A stretch of 64,000 bases of DNA from Candidatus Multivoradales bacterium (GCA_965248925.1 CBDFLE010000006.1:192001-256000), one strand, 5' to 3'; shown: positions 1-10,358, numbered from the stretch's first letter. Made by a program: numbers and translations. Notes: generated by a model from the sequence alone, not told the origin.

Positions 1-61
1 AGGCCGAGCTGCGCCGCACCTTGAGCCATTCGGCAGACAGCAACCGTGCAAGAGTCCTCAC
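1..61 (-). CDS. ABC transporter permease, N-terminus only (runs off the window edge)
   Basis: Manual translation from GTG at 61 gives MRTLARLLSAEWLKVRRSSA. The AEWLKxRR start is typical of lantibiotic/bacitracin-type ABC permeases. It overlaps the upstream TGA as GTGA. Confidence 0.6.
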   Translation of the reverse strand, partial: MRTLARLLSAEWLKVRRSSA

Positions 62-711
62 TCTGGAGCCTCCTCGGTAAGCTCGAGAAGCATCTTCCAG
101 CGACGGCCGAGAGGCACTCAGATGATGCACCTCGACCCCTCCGTCAACCATTTGCTGGCAGACCTCGCTCGCTGCCTGATGACCCTCGGCCTGAATCCGC
201 CAGCGGCCATCGGCCGCCAACTCCCATTGCCAGCCGGCGGCATCGAGTAGGCTGCCAACCCGCTCCGCTGGACTGGCGCCGAGCATTAGCGCGGGTCGAC
301 GGTCGGGCAACTCATCAGTGCGGCCGACAAAGCACAGCCGCCCGCTGCGAATCACCGCCAGCCGGTCGGTATTTTTTCGACCTCGGCCAACAGATGACTG
401 GAGAGAAGAACCGTCACTCTGCCATTGGCGGCCAGCGAGCCAATCAGATCGCGAATCTCGCGAATGGCGGCTGGATCGAGCCCGTGGGTGGGTGCGTCGA
501 GAATCAGCAGCTCGGGCTCGGCCAGCAGCGCCAAACCCAGACCCAGTCGCTGCCGCATACCCAACGAATACTCGCCTGCCCGGCGATGGGCGGCAGCGGT
601 CAGGCCCACAAGGTCGAGAACCGCGTCGACCCGCACTGGCGCCAGTCCCAACAGCCGCCGCTGGATCTCCAGGTTCTGGCTCTCGATGGCGTATTCGGCG
701 GGACGGCTCAC
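58..711 (-). pseudogene. Degenerate ABC transporter ATP-binding subunit (BcrA/LanF-like)
   Basis: Has signature YSLGMRQRLG, a degenerate Walker B (LLILDAPTHGLDP) and H-loop SSHLL, but no Walker A (internal deletion). After VEK the homology continues in another frame near 371 (TDRLAVIRSGRL...PSLEDA) and shifts again near 88 (LELTEEAPE-stop). Confidence 0.75.
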
Positions 712-1871
712 CCCGACGCCTCCAGAGTTATCGCTACCTGCGCTCGCGCCTGCAACCAGGCGCGGATCTTCTCAAGAGCCTGAGGCGCTAGAGTCAGATC
801 GATGTCGGCGTATTCGGCCGGTAAACCGGTCTCCGCTGGCTGTAAGAGGTGATTGAGACCCGGCAAAACAACCAGCTCGACATCGCTGAGCTCGGCCTCG
901 GCCAAGGCTGCTTCCACCGCCGAAAAATGCAAGTCGGGTAGCACCTGCAGATCAAGCCCACCCCAGATCGCCAACACAGGCTGGCTCAATCGGGCCAGGA
1001 AAGGACGCGGGTCGTGCTCCAATTGATCGCCCATGGCGGCTGACAACAGCACATCGATCTGCGCTTCGAGACGGCTCTCAGCCCCCACCCAAGCGCCGGC
1101 CGAAGCGCCGCCTAGCTGGGCTAAGCGCCGGCTCACCCGCCGCAGCTGCTGACGTTTGCTGTTCTCGTCGAGCACCGAGATTCGCAGCGCCAAAGCCTCC
1201 TCGAGCAAGCGCCGGCTTGCAGCCAGAGTTGGCTCATCGACACCCGCCACGCGACCGATCAATACATTCTGCTCCACCAGGGTCTGCTCGCCCGGCAAGC
1301 CAGGGGGCGACACCAAGACCACTCACGAAACCGCGGAGTCCTCGGCGGCGACCTGCGCCGCCACCAAGCTTCCCTGGCTGGCCCCGAGTAGACCGATCCG
1401 CTGTCCGTCTATCCGCGACAGATCTCGCAGCGCAGCGAGCGCCGCATGGGTATCGGCGGCTAAATCCGCCAGCGTCGCGGTCGAAGAATCCCCCTGCGAA
1501 TCTCCCACACCGCGGTCGTCGGTGCGCAGCACGGCAATACCCGCGCGGCTGAGGTAATCAGCCAGCACTAGATAGCGCCGATGGCCAGCCAGCGTACCGT
1601 CGCGATCCTGCGCGCCGGCACCGGAGATCAGCAGCACTGCTGGAAAGGGTCCCGGTCCCGGCGGCAAGGTCAACCTACCGGCCAGGCGCAGGTCACCACT
1701 AGCGAAGGTCAGCGGAACTGAGCTGTAGGGAAAAGGCGGACTCGGCTCTTGCGGTCGCGGCCAAACGCCGGGCATTGTGGGCTCCAACCACTGCGCTAGG
1801 CAGTAGATCAGCACCACCGCCCAAGGTAGCAGAGCGGCTTCTCTCGACAGGGATCGAGGATAGAGACTCAT
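708..1871 (-). pseudogene. Alpha/beta hydrolase (serine aminopeptidase S33-like) split by an in-frame TGA
   Basis: ORFs 1323-1871 and 708-1322 are in the same frame, separated only by TGA at 1323-1325. Motifs: GASQG nucleophile, GGLDLQV, PGLNHLLQ, RPQEPxPPFPY. Confidence 0.8.
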
Positions 1872-2323
1872 CTACTGCGACTTACGTCTCGCGCCAGCAA
1901 CCTGTCCAAGCTCACGGATCAAGCATCGGGGTCGGACGGGGTGCCTGGCACTTAGTCGACAGCAGCGCAAGACTCGACGACGAAGACAGGCTGAGGGCCG
2001 GAAACGAGGGTGACGAACAACCCTCCTTGGTCTTCTCCGATCGGGTCTAAAAATCCCCCGACGGCCCACCCTGCTCTTGATGCGGTGGTGTTGGGGCCGA
2101 GCGCGCTGTAAGGGAAAGAGAACGGATCCGCTTTCCAGCGCAAAGCTCCGAGCAAACCCCGGTCAAGCAGCACCTCCCAAGCCAGGCTGCCCTGCAAACT
2201 AGCTACTGAGCGAGCTCGCACCGGACGCGCTATACTTGATACGAGGGAAGGTCACTTTCGTAGCCTCCAGGCACCGTTGATCAGCCGTCGACCCGCGAGC
2301 CGCGCACTCTAGGATCCTTACTC

Positions 2324-3667
2324 ATGCGACAGACCCGAGCAACTGATCCGCAGAATGCGTACTGGGCCTTCGACCCATTCGCATTGGTCAAGCCAGGTGA
2401 ACCATGGTTCGAGGACCTCTCCGCGAGCCTCGCTGACCATCGTTATGGTCTAGGTGCCAGACTCTCGAAGCATCTGCAACCGGCGCCGAACGCACCCGAC
2501 TTCGTCCAGGTGGCCATTCTTGGACAGAGCGGTGTCGGCAAGACGACCCAAGTTCACGGGGCGATCGGGAAGATGCCCAAGGAAGAGATTTTCCCGGTGG
2601 TCATCGATGCCCTGACCGAACTCGATCCCGCCGACCTCGACTTCGCGGACATCCTCTTCACCCTGGCTCGCTCTGTCCTCGTCGAGCTTCAAGAACACGA
2701 GATCGATGTGCCGAGCGATGCGGCGGAGCTGTTGGAGACGTATTTCGCGGACGAGACTTACGTCAAGACAACTGGCCACAGTAAGTCTGCGGGACTCGAG
2801 ATCGCGGCAGAGGCCTCCGGCGGCGTCCTTTTTATCGGTCGGCTGCTAGGCCGCTTCCAGGCGAGCATGAAGGCGGAGAGCGACTACCGACGCGAGATCC
2901 GCAGGGTTGTGCAGCGCGATCCAAAAGAACTCATCCGGAGGGTCAACTTCCTTCTTGACGAGGCGACCAAGGCAGTCCGGAAGCGGCTCGGCAAGCAATG
3001 TCGCCTGCTGGTCGTGATCGACAATCTAGAAAAGTTCGAGCAGCGTGAGATCGTCGAACGGGCGGTGATCAGCCGCGCTAGTGAGCTGCGCGATTTGCGC
3101 TGTCACCTGGTGGCCTTCCTGCACCCGGCAGACCTCTATGCGCCGCGAACCATCTCGGCCAGTGCCGCGTTTCAGAAAGTGATCTGCGTGCCGGCGCTGC
3201 CGGTCCGCGAACGTGCCGATGCACCCGACACCATCGATCCGGCATGCATCAAGGCGGTGCGTGCTCTCCTGGAACGGCGGGTCGAGGTCGACGCGATCTT
3301 CGAAGACGGCGAGGCAGCGGTAACAGCTCTCCTCCAGCACTCGGGCGGCCATCTGCGAGACCTTCTCGCCATTGCCCGCGAGGCCTGTGAGCTGTTCACT
3401 GGTTCGAAGGTCGGGCTGGCGGAGATCGATGCTGCGGCCCGCAGCCTGAGCCGGATACACAATGCGAAGATCCGACCCGGCGATTGGCAGCGTCTGCACG
3501 CCATTGCCGAGACCAAAGATATCGTCAACGATCAGGTCGATGCCTACCTGCTGCTCCATCTGTTGGTCCTCGAGTACAACGGCGAAACTTGGTGGGATGT
3601 GCATCCGTTCGTCAGGCTTGATCGACGCTTCGACCCTGACTCGCCACCCAGCCAACTGGCGACATGA
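2324..3667 (+). CDS. P-loop NTPase (KAP/STAND-like AAA ATPase)
   Basis: Walker A GQSGVGKTT, Walker B LLVVIDNLEK, SGGHLRDL and C-terminal LEYNGETWWDVHP. Confidence 0.85.
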   Translation: MRQTRATDPQNAYWAFDPFALVKPGEPWFEDLSASLADHRYGLGARLSKHLQPAPNAPDFVQVAILGQSGVGKTTQVHGAIGKMPKEEIFPVVIDALTELDPADLDFADILFTLARSVLVELQEHEIDVPSDAAELLETYFADETYVKTTGHSKSAGLEIAAEASGGVLFIGRLLGRFQASMKAESDYRREIRRVVQRDPKELIRRVNFLLDEATKAVRKRLGKQCRLLVVIDNLEKFEQREIVERAVISRASELRDLRCHLVAFLHPADLYAPRTISASAAFQKVICVPALPVRERADAPDTIDPACIKAVRALLERRVEVDAIFEDGEAAVTALLQHSGGHLRDLLAIAREACELFTGSKVGLAEIDAAARSLSRIHNAKIRPGDWQRLHAIAETKDIVNDQVDAYLLLHLLVLEYNGETWWDVHPFVRLDRRFDPDSPPSQLAT

Positions 3668-5142
3668 CCACCAGCCCGTCCCCCCCACGGAGCGAGTACG
3701 AGCGGCTACTACGCTTTGTCGTCACCCCTGGAAGACGCTTCGGACTTCTCGCAGCATGTGTCAACGACTCACGCCGCGAGGCAGAGCTACGGCAAGCAGC
3801 GATAGCGGATGCAGAGAAAGCGGGGGTCGCCGTCGCCGAGCTTGACCTCCGCGATCTTGAACCAAGCACGGACGTGTTGGGTACCCTCGAACAGGCCCTT
3901 CGGAACACCGCGGCGCCGGTTCTCTTCATCCGTGAGGCCGATCGTCTGGCGCCATCCTCGGGGAGCAAACACTACGCCCAAGCGTTGAATTTCGCCCGCG
4001 ACCGCCTTCCCAAACTCCTGCCAGCCCGCATCGTGCTCTGGATGTCGGCGGAAGGACGAACTCGCCTCGCACAAGCGGCGCCTGACCTTGCCAACATCAT
4101 CCTCTCGACCCTTGTATTCCCCACCTCGACCGAGGGGCCACCCGAGCCGATGCTCCATCGGCTCGGCGAAGAGACAGCCTGGTATACCCGCCCTCTCGGG
4201 AGTGGCGATTCCACGGCGCTTGCTGAGCAGAGTCTGCTTGCGAGAGTGGTGGCCAATCCCGAGACCTCGGTCGATGCACGACTCGACGCCGGTCTCAGAA
4301 TCGCCGAGATAGATGCCGCAAGAGGCGAATTCACCAGGGCTGTTGAGAGAGCTGTGCAGATAGTCGAACTAGCGCAAGAGAACGATCGATCGAAGCAAAG
4401 GATCAGTGGGCTTTTTCTCCTTGCTGAAATAGCACACCGAACCGGCCGAACCTCGGAAGCGGTGAAGAACCAATCTGAAGCGCACCAAGAGATCGCGACA
4501 CTCCTCGAAGATGACCCGGAGTCTACGCCGCTCCAACGACTCTTGGCTGGGTCCCATTTAGAGATGGGTGACCTCTACAAAGACCTCGGACGGGGCGAGA
4601 AGGCCAGAATGGCTTTCATGAATGCTCTACAGATCGCCAAGCGCCTCGCCAACGCGGAACCCGATAGGGCTGACTTCCAACGCGACCTCTCCGTTTCTTT
4701 CGAGCGAGTAGGTGACATCTACGAAGACCTCGGACTGGGTGAGAAGGCCAGAGAGGCTTTCATAGATGCTCTACAGATCGCCAAACGCCTCGCCAACGCG
4801 GAGCCCGACAGAACTGACTTACAACGCGATCTCGCCATATCCCTTGAGAGAATGGCGGCGGTGAGTGAGGGCGCCGAGGCCGCTCGCTTCATCACCGAGG
4901 CCATCGCCCTTCGTCGGCGAGTGCTCGAACTCGCGCCAGATCAGGCGGTGCTGATTCGGGGACTCGGCATCGCCTTGTTCCAACATTACGAGCTGACCGA
5001 GCACCAGCCCTCACTCTCGGAAGCCGCCACTCTGCTGGTTGAACTGCGGCAACGTGACGCGTTGGAGGCCCGCTATCACGAGCTGGCCGACCAGCTCGCG
5101 CCGTACGCGGCCGCGGCAGCGACGGAGCAAGACAGGGACTGA
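3664..5142 (+). CDS. TPR-repeat protein with an N-terminal degenerate NTPase-like domain
   Basis: ATGA overlap with the ATPase. N-terminal ALNFARDRL...IVLW...APDL segment. Long TPR-like repeats (xPDRxDxQRDLxxS). Confidence 0.8.
   Translation: MTTSPSPPRSEYERLLRFVVTPGRRFGLLAACVNDSRREAELRQAAIADAEKAGVAVAELDLRDLEPSTDVLGTLEQALRNTAAPVLFIREADRLAPSSGSKHYAQALNFARDRLPKLLPARIVLWMSAEGRTRLAQAAPDLANIILSTLVFPTSTEGPPEPMLHRLGEETAWYTRPLGSGDSTALAEQSLLARVVANPETSVDARLDAGLRIAEIDAARGEFTRAVERAVQIVELAQENDRSKQRISGLFLLAEIAHRTGRTSEAVKNQSEAHQEIATLLEDDPESTPLQRLLAGSHLEMGDLYKDLGRGEKARMAFMNALQIAKRLANAEPDRADFQRDLSVSFERVGDIYEDLGLGEKAREAFIDALQIAKRLANAEPDRTDLQRDLAISLERMAAVSEGAEAARFITEAIALRRRVLELAPDQAVLIRGLGIALFQHYELTEHQPSLSEAATLLVELRQRDALEARYHELADQLAPYAAAAATEQDRD
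4567..4854 (+). repeat. Two tandem 144-bp (48-aa) coding repeats in the TPR gene
   Basis: Units start at 4567 and 4711 (GDLYKDLGRGEKARMAFMNALQIAKRLANAEPDRADFQRDL / GDIYEDLGLGEKAREAFIDALQIAKRLANAEPDRTDLQRDL) with high DNA identity. Confidence 0.9.
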
Positions 5143-5172
5143 GGTCGGCGAAATCGGCGCTCCGCGAACAGG

Positions 5173-6639
5173 CTAACCTCTACGCCCGGCAGCCGGCGGC
5201 CGCCAAGCCGGTGGCGTCAGCCGCCGCTTGCCATCGCTGGTGCGTTCGACGCCCGGCTCCAGATCTAGCCGGTCCCACAGCTGGCAGGTGACCTGCTTGT
5301 GCATCTGGTCGAGGCCCTCGCAGTAGTTGCTGTAGATGCAGCGCCGCACTTCTTCGCCATGGCCGAGGCGGAGCTTGCGAAACCAATCAGGATCGGCCAG
5401 CGACTGGCGGGCGGCCGCCACGATATCGGCCTCGCCACCGTCGAGGACTTGCGCCAGCTGGCTAAAGGTCGACAGGCCGCCGGCTAGCACCACCGGGGTT
5501 GCCAAAGCGGCCGCGACCAGCGCCCGCTTGATCCGCGCCACCGGTTCTCGGTTGCGGCCAAACGGTCCGCGGGCGTCGGAGATTGCAGTCGGCATGCACT
5601 CGTAACCACTGGGACCCGTGTAGGGATAGGCCGCTCGGCCTATCTTGGGCTTCTGGGCGTCTTCGAACTTGCCACCTCGCGACAGGCTGAGGAAGTCCAT
5701 CCCCGCCCGCGCCAGCTCGACGCCGAAGTAAATGGCGTCGTTCACCGTGCTACCACCGGCCACGCATTCCTCGCTCAGATAGCGGCAGCCGACGGCGAAA
5801 CCACCACCCACTTGCTGGCGAACCTGCCGGTAGACCGCGAGCGGCAAACGTAGGCGGCCTTCGCGGCTACCGCCATAGCCGTCGTCACGGGTGTTCAAGG
5901 CCGACAGGAAAGACGCCATGGTGTAGGCGTGGGCGAAATGTAGCTCGACACCATCGAAGCCGGCCCGTCGAGCCCGCTCAGCGGCGGCGGCGAAGAGCCC
6001 CGGCAGAACCTCCGGCAACTCCCGCACCTGCGGCAAGTGGAGGTCTGTCACCCGCTCGCGATAGCCGAAGTCGAGGGCCTCGAGTTCGCGCAGGTCGAGC
6101 ACTTGCTCAAGCTGCTCGCGGGGCAGTGCCAGTAGATGTTCGCGCAACGCCTGATCGCTGAGCTGCTCGCCAATTGCCTGGCGATGCCGGTCGGTGATCT
6201 GCAGATACTGGCGTAAGAACTTCTCCGGCTGGGGCCGGCGGCGAATACTCAGAAAGTCGATGAGCTGGATCAACAGGCGAGTGCGCCCGCCAGAGGCTCG
6301 GCGGACCGTCTCCACCAGCTGCTTCAAGCCGGGTAGAAAGCGATCGTGGCCGATGCGCAGCAAGGGGCCGCTGGGGACTTCGCGAATACCGGTAGCCTCG
6401 ACCACCAACACCCCCGGCTGGCCAGCGGCAAAGCGCTCGTACCAGGCCAAGACCTGCTCGCTGACCATGCCTTCCTCGGTCGCTCGCCAAGGCACCATCG
6501 CCGGCACCCAAGTGCGCTCGACGAGCTCGATCGGCCCGAGCTTGAAGGGTTGAAAAACGAGGCTTTCCTCAGCCTCCCGACGACTCGGCCAGCAGGCTTC
6601 CGGCAAGGGGTGTTTGATGCGCTCGGGAGGCTTCCACAT
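5173..6639 (-). CDS. NADH:flavin oxidoreductase (Old Yellow Enzyme family)
   Basis: PAMV, AGFDGVELHFAHAY, NTRDDGYGGS, ARQSLADPDW. C-terminal Cys cluster CIYSNYC...TC. Confidence 0.9.
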   Translation of the reverse strand: MWKPPERIKHPLPEACWPSRREAEESLVFQPFKLGPIELVERTWVPAMVPWRATEEGMVSEQVLAWYERFAAGQPGVLVVEATGIREVPSGPLLRIGHDRFLPGLKQLVETVRRASGGRTRLLIQLIDFLSIRRRPQPEKFLRQYLQITDRHRQAIGEQLSDQALREHLLALPREQLEQVLDLRELEALDFGYRERVTDLHLPQVRELPEVLPGLFAAAAERARRAGFDGVELHFAHAYTMASFLSALNTRDDGYGGSREGRLRLPLAVYRQVRQQVGGGFAVGCRYLSEECVAGGSTVNDAIYFGVELARAGMDFLSLSRGGKFEDAQKPKIGRAAYPYTGPSGYECMPTAISDARGPFGRNREPVARIKRALVAAALATPVVLAGGLSTFSQLAQVLDGGEADIVAAARQSLADPDWFRKLRLGHGEEVRRCIYSNYCEGLDQMHKQVTCQLWDRLDLEPGVERTSDGKRRLTPPAWRPPAAGRRG

Positions 6640-6679
6640 CGGCTGAATATAGCGCAGCCAGGAATCCCCGATGCCGGAC

Positions 6680-7069
6680 TCAGCCGGGCTCGGCGTTGGC
6701 CTTCAAGACACCCTGGAAGGATGAACGGTAAGACCAGGCGAGGTAGAGCTGGAGCACCAAGATCAACACCGCCAGCGGCATGCCAGAGGAATCGAGGGCG
6801 ACATGGAAGAAGAAGATGTTGATCACGATCGAAGCCAGCAAGGTCAAAGCCAGGGGCACGTAACGCCCGGCCAAGAGCATCAGACCACAGAGGATCTCAA
6901 CCACTTTCATCAGCGGAAATAGATAGCCACTCGCCGCCAGGCCGCCCATGAAGACAGCCGCGTTGCCGCTGAGCTCGGGCAGAGGAATGAAGTTCAAGAA
7001 CCCATTGAGGCCGAAGACGGTGAAGATCAGACCGAGGACAATGCGGGCACCGAGAACCAACTTGCTCAT
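6680..7069 (-). CDS. DoxX-family membrane protein
   Basis: ARIVLGLIFTVFGLNGF and four hydrophobic segments. ATG at 7069 with AAGGAG upstream. Confidence 0.8.
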   Translation of the reverse strand: MSKLVLGARIVLGLIFTVFGLNGFLNFIPLPELSGNAAVFMGGLAASGYLFPLMKVVEILCGLMLLAGRYVPLALTLLASIVINIFFFHVALDSSGMPLAVLILVLQLYLAWSYRSSFQGVLKANAEPG

Positions 7070-7194
7070 GAGTCGCTCCTTTGTTTCAGGACCCACCGAC
7101 GACGCAACCCGACCCACCCGAGGCGCGGCGCGGTCCGTGACAGAAATTGTTCGAATGCTGGGCTCATCCTACACCCTCCGGCAGGCTGCTCGGA

Positions 7195-8373
7195 TCAATC
7201 GCCTCCAACCTGGCGCATTAGCTGATTGGCAATCACCAGATGCTGGATCTCGCTGGTGCCTTCGTAGATCCGCAGGGCACGCACTGCCCGGTAAAGGCGA
7301 TCCACCGGATGGTTGGCCAGCACCCCCAGACCGCCGACTACCTGCACCGCGTCGTCAACAATACGCTGAGCCGCCTCGGTGGCGTAGAGCTTGGCCATCG
7401 CCGCTTCCAAGGTCACCCGCTCGGCCCCGCCATCGGCCTCGGCTGCGGCACGGTAGGTCAGCAGTCGAGCCGCCGCCAGTTCGGTGGCCATGCGCGCCAA
7501 TTTTTGCTGCACGAGCTGAAAATCGGCCAACGGGCGGCCGAATTGCCGCCGCTTGCCGGCATGCCGCAGCGCTTCTTCGAGCGCCCTCTCGGCCATGCCA
7601 CAGGCTGCCGCCGCCACCGTCGCCCGCAGTCGGTCGAGGGTGCGCATGCCGAGCTTGAAACCCTCGTTCTGCAGACCCAGCAGATTCTCGGCCGGCACCT
7701 GGCAAGCCGCAAAAGCCATCTCGCCCAGGGGATGCGGCGAGCTGGTGATCTGCGGACCGACGAAGCGCAGCCCCGGACGATCGGCCTCGACCACCAGGCA
7801 GGAGATACCCCGCGAGCCAGCCGCCGGATCGGTGCTGGCGAAAACGGTGTAAAAGTCGGCAATGCCGGCGTTGGAGATCAGGTGTTTGCCGCCATCGAGC
7901 ACCCATTCACCACCGTCACTGCGAGCACGGGTTGAGATGGCCGAAACATCCGAGCCGGCCGCCGCTTCAGTCATCGCAAAAGCGGCGATCAATTCGCCCC
8001 TGGCCACGCCAGGCAGCCAGCGCTGGCGTTGTTCGGCAGTGCCGGCCAAGGTGATCGGCATCGAACCCAGACACTGTAGAGCGAACAGATCATCCGCCAA
8101 CGGCGAGTACGAGGCCAAGGTCTCGCGAATCAGACAACAAGCACGAAAATCAGGCCCCGCGGCAACGCCACCATCGACTTCGGCCATGGCGTGGCGGATG
8201 AAACCACTGTCACCCAACAAGGCAACGATCCGCCGCGACTGCTGGCGTGCTTCGTTGTCGTCGGCAGGCTCCGGCAGAGGCACTAGCTGGCGGCGCGAGA
8301 AATCCTCTAGGGCCTCGACCAGCCGCAAGTGTCGGGGTTCCAAGAAAGCTCCCACGGTCTTGATATCCGGCAT
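7195..8373 (-). CDS. Acyl-CoA dehydrogenase
   Basis: FAMTEAAAGSD, RRQFGRPLADFQ, IYEGTSEIQ. Confidence 0.95.
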   Translation of the reverse strand: MPDIKTVGAFLEPRHLRLVEALEDFSRRQLVPLPEPADDNEARQQSRRIVALLGDSGFIRHAMAEVDGGVAAGPDFRACCLIRETLASYSPLADDLFALQCLGSMPITLAGTAEQRQRWLPGVARGELIAAFAMTEAAAGSDVSAISTRARSDGGEWVLDGGKHLISNAGIADFYTVFASTDPAAGSRGISCLVVEADRPGLRFVGPQITSSPHPLGEMAFAACQVPAENLLGLQNEGFKLGMRTLDRLRATVAAAACGMAERALEEALRHAGKRRQFGRPLADFQLVQQKLARMATELAAARLLTYRAAAEADGGAERVTLEAAMAKLYATEAAQRIVDDAVQVVGGLGVLANHPVDRLYRAVRALRIYEGTSEIQHLVIANQLMRQVGGD

Positions 8374-8470
8374 TTTTCCAGCTTATAGCACCGAGTCTGC
8401 CGCACGGGCGAACAAGCTACTAGGGTGTCGCGTAAGATCAACCATCGAGACTTTTAAAGGAGTACCCATC

Positions 8471-8797
8471 ATGAAATTGAAAAGCATCGGAGTTCTCTCG
8501 CTAGGCAAGATAATGGGCATCATCTACGGCGTCCTTGGCTTGATTGGGGGTTTGATCTGGGGTTTGGTCGCGATTATCGCCTCTACCTTCGGAGCCTTCG
8601 CCGCCGAGTCCGCTGGGCCTCTCTTCGGGATCTTGCTCGGCGTCGGCGCGGTCATCGGTCTACCCCTGCTGTATGGCTTCTTCGGCTTCCTCGGCGGCTT
8701 GCTGGTCGCCTGGATCTACAACCTCGTCGCCAGCCGCATCGGTGGCCTGGAATTGAATCTGGAACCGACCGTTCCCGCTACCGACGCCCTCTCCTAG
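8471..8797 (+). CDS. Small membrane protein (DUF3566-like)
   Basis: MKLKSIGVLSLGKI...YNLVASRIGGLEL. ATG at 8471 with AAGGAG upstream. The longer ORF-track extension is antisense to the acyl-CoA dehydrogenase. Confidence 0.8.
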   Translation: MKLKSIGVLSLGKIMGIIYGVLGLIGGLIWGLVAIIASTFGAFAAESAGPLFGILLGVGAVIGLPLLYGFFGFLGGLLVAWIYNLVASRIGGLELNLEPTVPATDALS

Positions 8798-8816
8798 CCC
8801 AGCGGTTGCGGGCTAG
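8794..8816. terminator. Hairpin between convergent genes
   Basis: CTAGCCC...GGGCTAG inverted repeat at the stop codon. No strong U-tract. Confidence 0.35.
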
Positions 8817-8894
8817 CAAAGCGAACGCTGGCAGCAGCTGAAATTTGGTCGCTTCGAGGGTTTCAGATGTTTGTGAATCTTTCGAGACGTCATT

Positions 8895-10274
8895 TTAGAG
8901 CGATGTCAGGCCACAGCACGGCGACTCGGCCAACACCTGCTCGAGGATCTCCAGGCCGCGAGCCAGGGATTCTCGATCGGTGGTTCCGAGACATAGGCGA
9001 ATGGCTGCCGGTGGTGGCGAGGGGGGCACGGAGAAGGTCTCAGCCGGCGCCACTGTCACCCCACGGCGACGCAATTCCAGAGCCAGCTCGGACGGCGGCC
9101 AAGAGGCCGGAAGTGGTAGCCACAGCAGGTGCCCTTGGTTAGCGGCGGACGCCGGATAGCTGCTTAGAATTTCGGCGGCCAAGCGGTGTCGCGCCCGCGC
9201 CTCGCGGCGCCGGCGGCGGATGGTGGCGGCGATCGTTCCGTCCTCCAACCAGAGACGAAACACTTCAGCGGTCAACGGCGAACCGCAGATCAAAGTGGCC
9301 TGAAGGGTGGCCGAGACCCGGTTGCGCCACGCTCTGGGCACCGCTAGGAAACCGACTCTCAGCCCAGCTGCGACCACTTTCGATAGGGAAGTCAGCAGCA
9401 TGGTGCGCTCGCTGGCCAGGGTCGCCAGCAGGGGCGGCGGATCGACCCTCAAGGCACGATGGATGGCATCTTCGACCAGGATCAGGTCATGACGCCGAGC
9501 GATTTCGACGATCGCCTGACGACGCTCGGCGGAAAGTGACACCTGGGTGGGATTCTGCAATGTAGGCATGCAGTAGAGAGCCCGCGGCGCATAGCGGCGG
9601 CAGAAGCTGTCCAACGCGTCGGGCAACAATCCCCCCCCATCCATCGGCACTCCCAACAGCCGTAGGCCCAGCATGTCGGCGACCGCCTTGATGCCAGGGA
9701 ATGTCACTGTGCCCGCCAAGATGGTGTCTCCCGAGCGGGCAACGCTAGCGATCGCCACGGCGATGGCGTGCTGTGCCCCGGCGGTCACCAGCAGGCCCTC
9801 GACGTCCGCTTCAAAGCCCAGGGTGCGCAGCCACTCGACGCCGGCAGCCCGATGGTCGGCGCGTCCCTCCGGCGACGGGTAGCGCAGTAAATCCTGGTGC
9901 CAAGAATCCGCCAACAAGCGGCTCAGCGCTGGGCCCAGCTGCGGGTCTTGGCAATAAGCCGGATAGTTGACCCCCAAATCGATCGCCCCGGCCGGCACCA
10001 GCGACGCCAACGAAGCACGACCTGACGCCACCGTACCAACAAAGGTCCCGCGCCGCCCCTCGCCACGAATCAGACCCCGACTCTCGGCCTCACCGTAGGC
10101 CCGAGTTACCGTACCGAGGGCCACCCCGAGGCGCTGGGCAAGCCAGCGCTGGGTCGGCAAGCGATCACCTGGCGACAGCCGACCTGCTTCGATATCACCC
10201 TCGAGCGCGCTGACGATGGTCTGGTAGAAAGGCTCGTCCTGAGGGTCAAAACTGGGCAACCACTCTTTTGTCAT
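8895..10274 (-). CDS. MocR/GntR-family PLP-dependent transcriptional regulator
   Basis: N-terminal wHTH (GDRLPTQRWLAQRLGVALGTVTRAY) plus aminotransferase domain (ITAGAQ-like VTAGAQHA, NPT, SLSK). Confidence 0.93.
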   Translation of the reverse strand: MTKEWLPSFDPQDEPFYQTIVSALEGDIEAGRLSPGDRLPTQRWLAQRLGVALGTVTRAYGEAESRGLIRGEGRRGTFVGTVASGRASLASLVPAGAIDLGVNYPAYCQDPQLGPALSRLLADSWHQDLLRYPSPEGRADHRAAGVEWLRTLGFEADVEGLLVTAGAQHAIAVAIASVARSGDTILAGTVTFPGIKAVADMLGLRLLGVPMDGGGLLPDALDSFCRRYAPRALYCMPTLQNPTQVSLSAERRQAIVEIARRHDLILVEDAIHRALRVDPPPLLATLASERTMLLTSLSKVVAAGLRVGFLAVPRAWRNRVSATLQATLICGSPLTAEVFRLWLEDGTIAATIRRRRREARARHRLAAEILSSYPASAANQGHLLWLPLPASWPPSELALELRRRGVTVAPAETFSVPPSPPPAAIRLCLGTTDRESLARGLEILEQVLAESPCCGLTSL

Positions 10275-10358
10275 AGTGACGAATGATGCTTTGAAACTAG
10301 TACAAAGTCAAATAGGCTGTTCACCACGGGTTCGCCAGACTTCGATCCCAAAGCCCTC

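Noticed and set aside
1323-1325. TGA recoding (Sec/Trp/Gly) in the hydrolase
   Set aside because: TGA ends many normal genes in this window, the position is not catalytic, and neighbouring genes are also decayed.
1872-2221. Small minus-strand ORFs upstream of the hydrolase
   Set aside because: No recognisable motif or convincing RBS.
4567-4854. TPR repeats as a DGR template/variable pair
   Set aside because: No reverse transcriptase in the window, and the differences are not confined to adenines.
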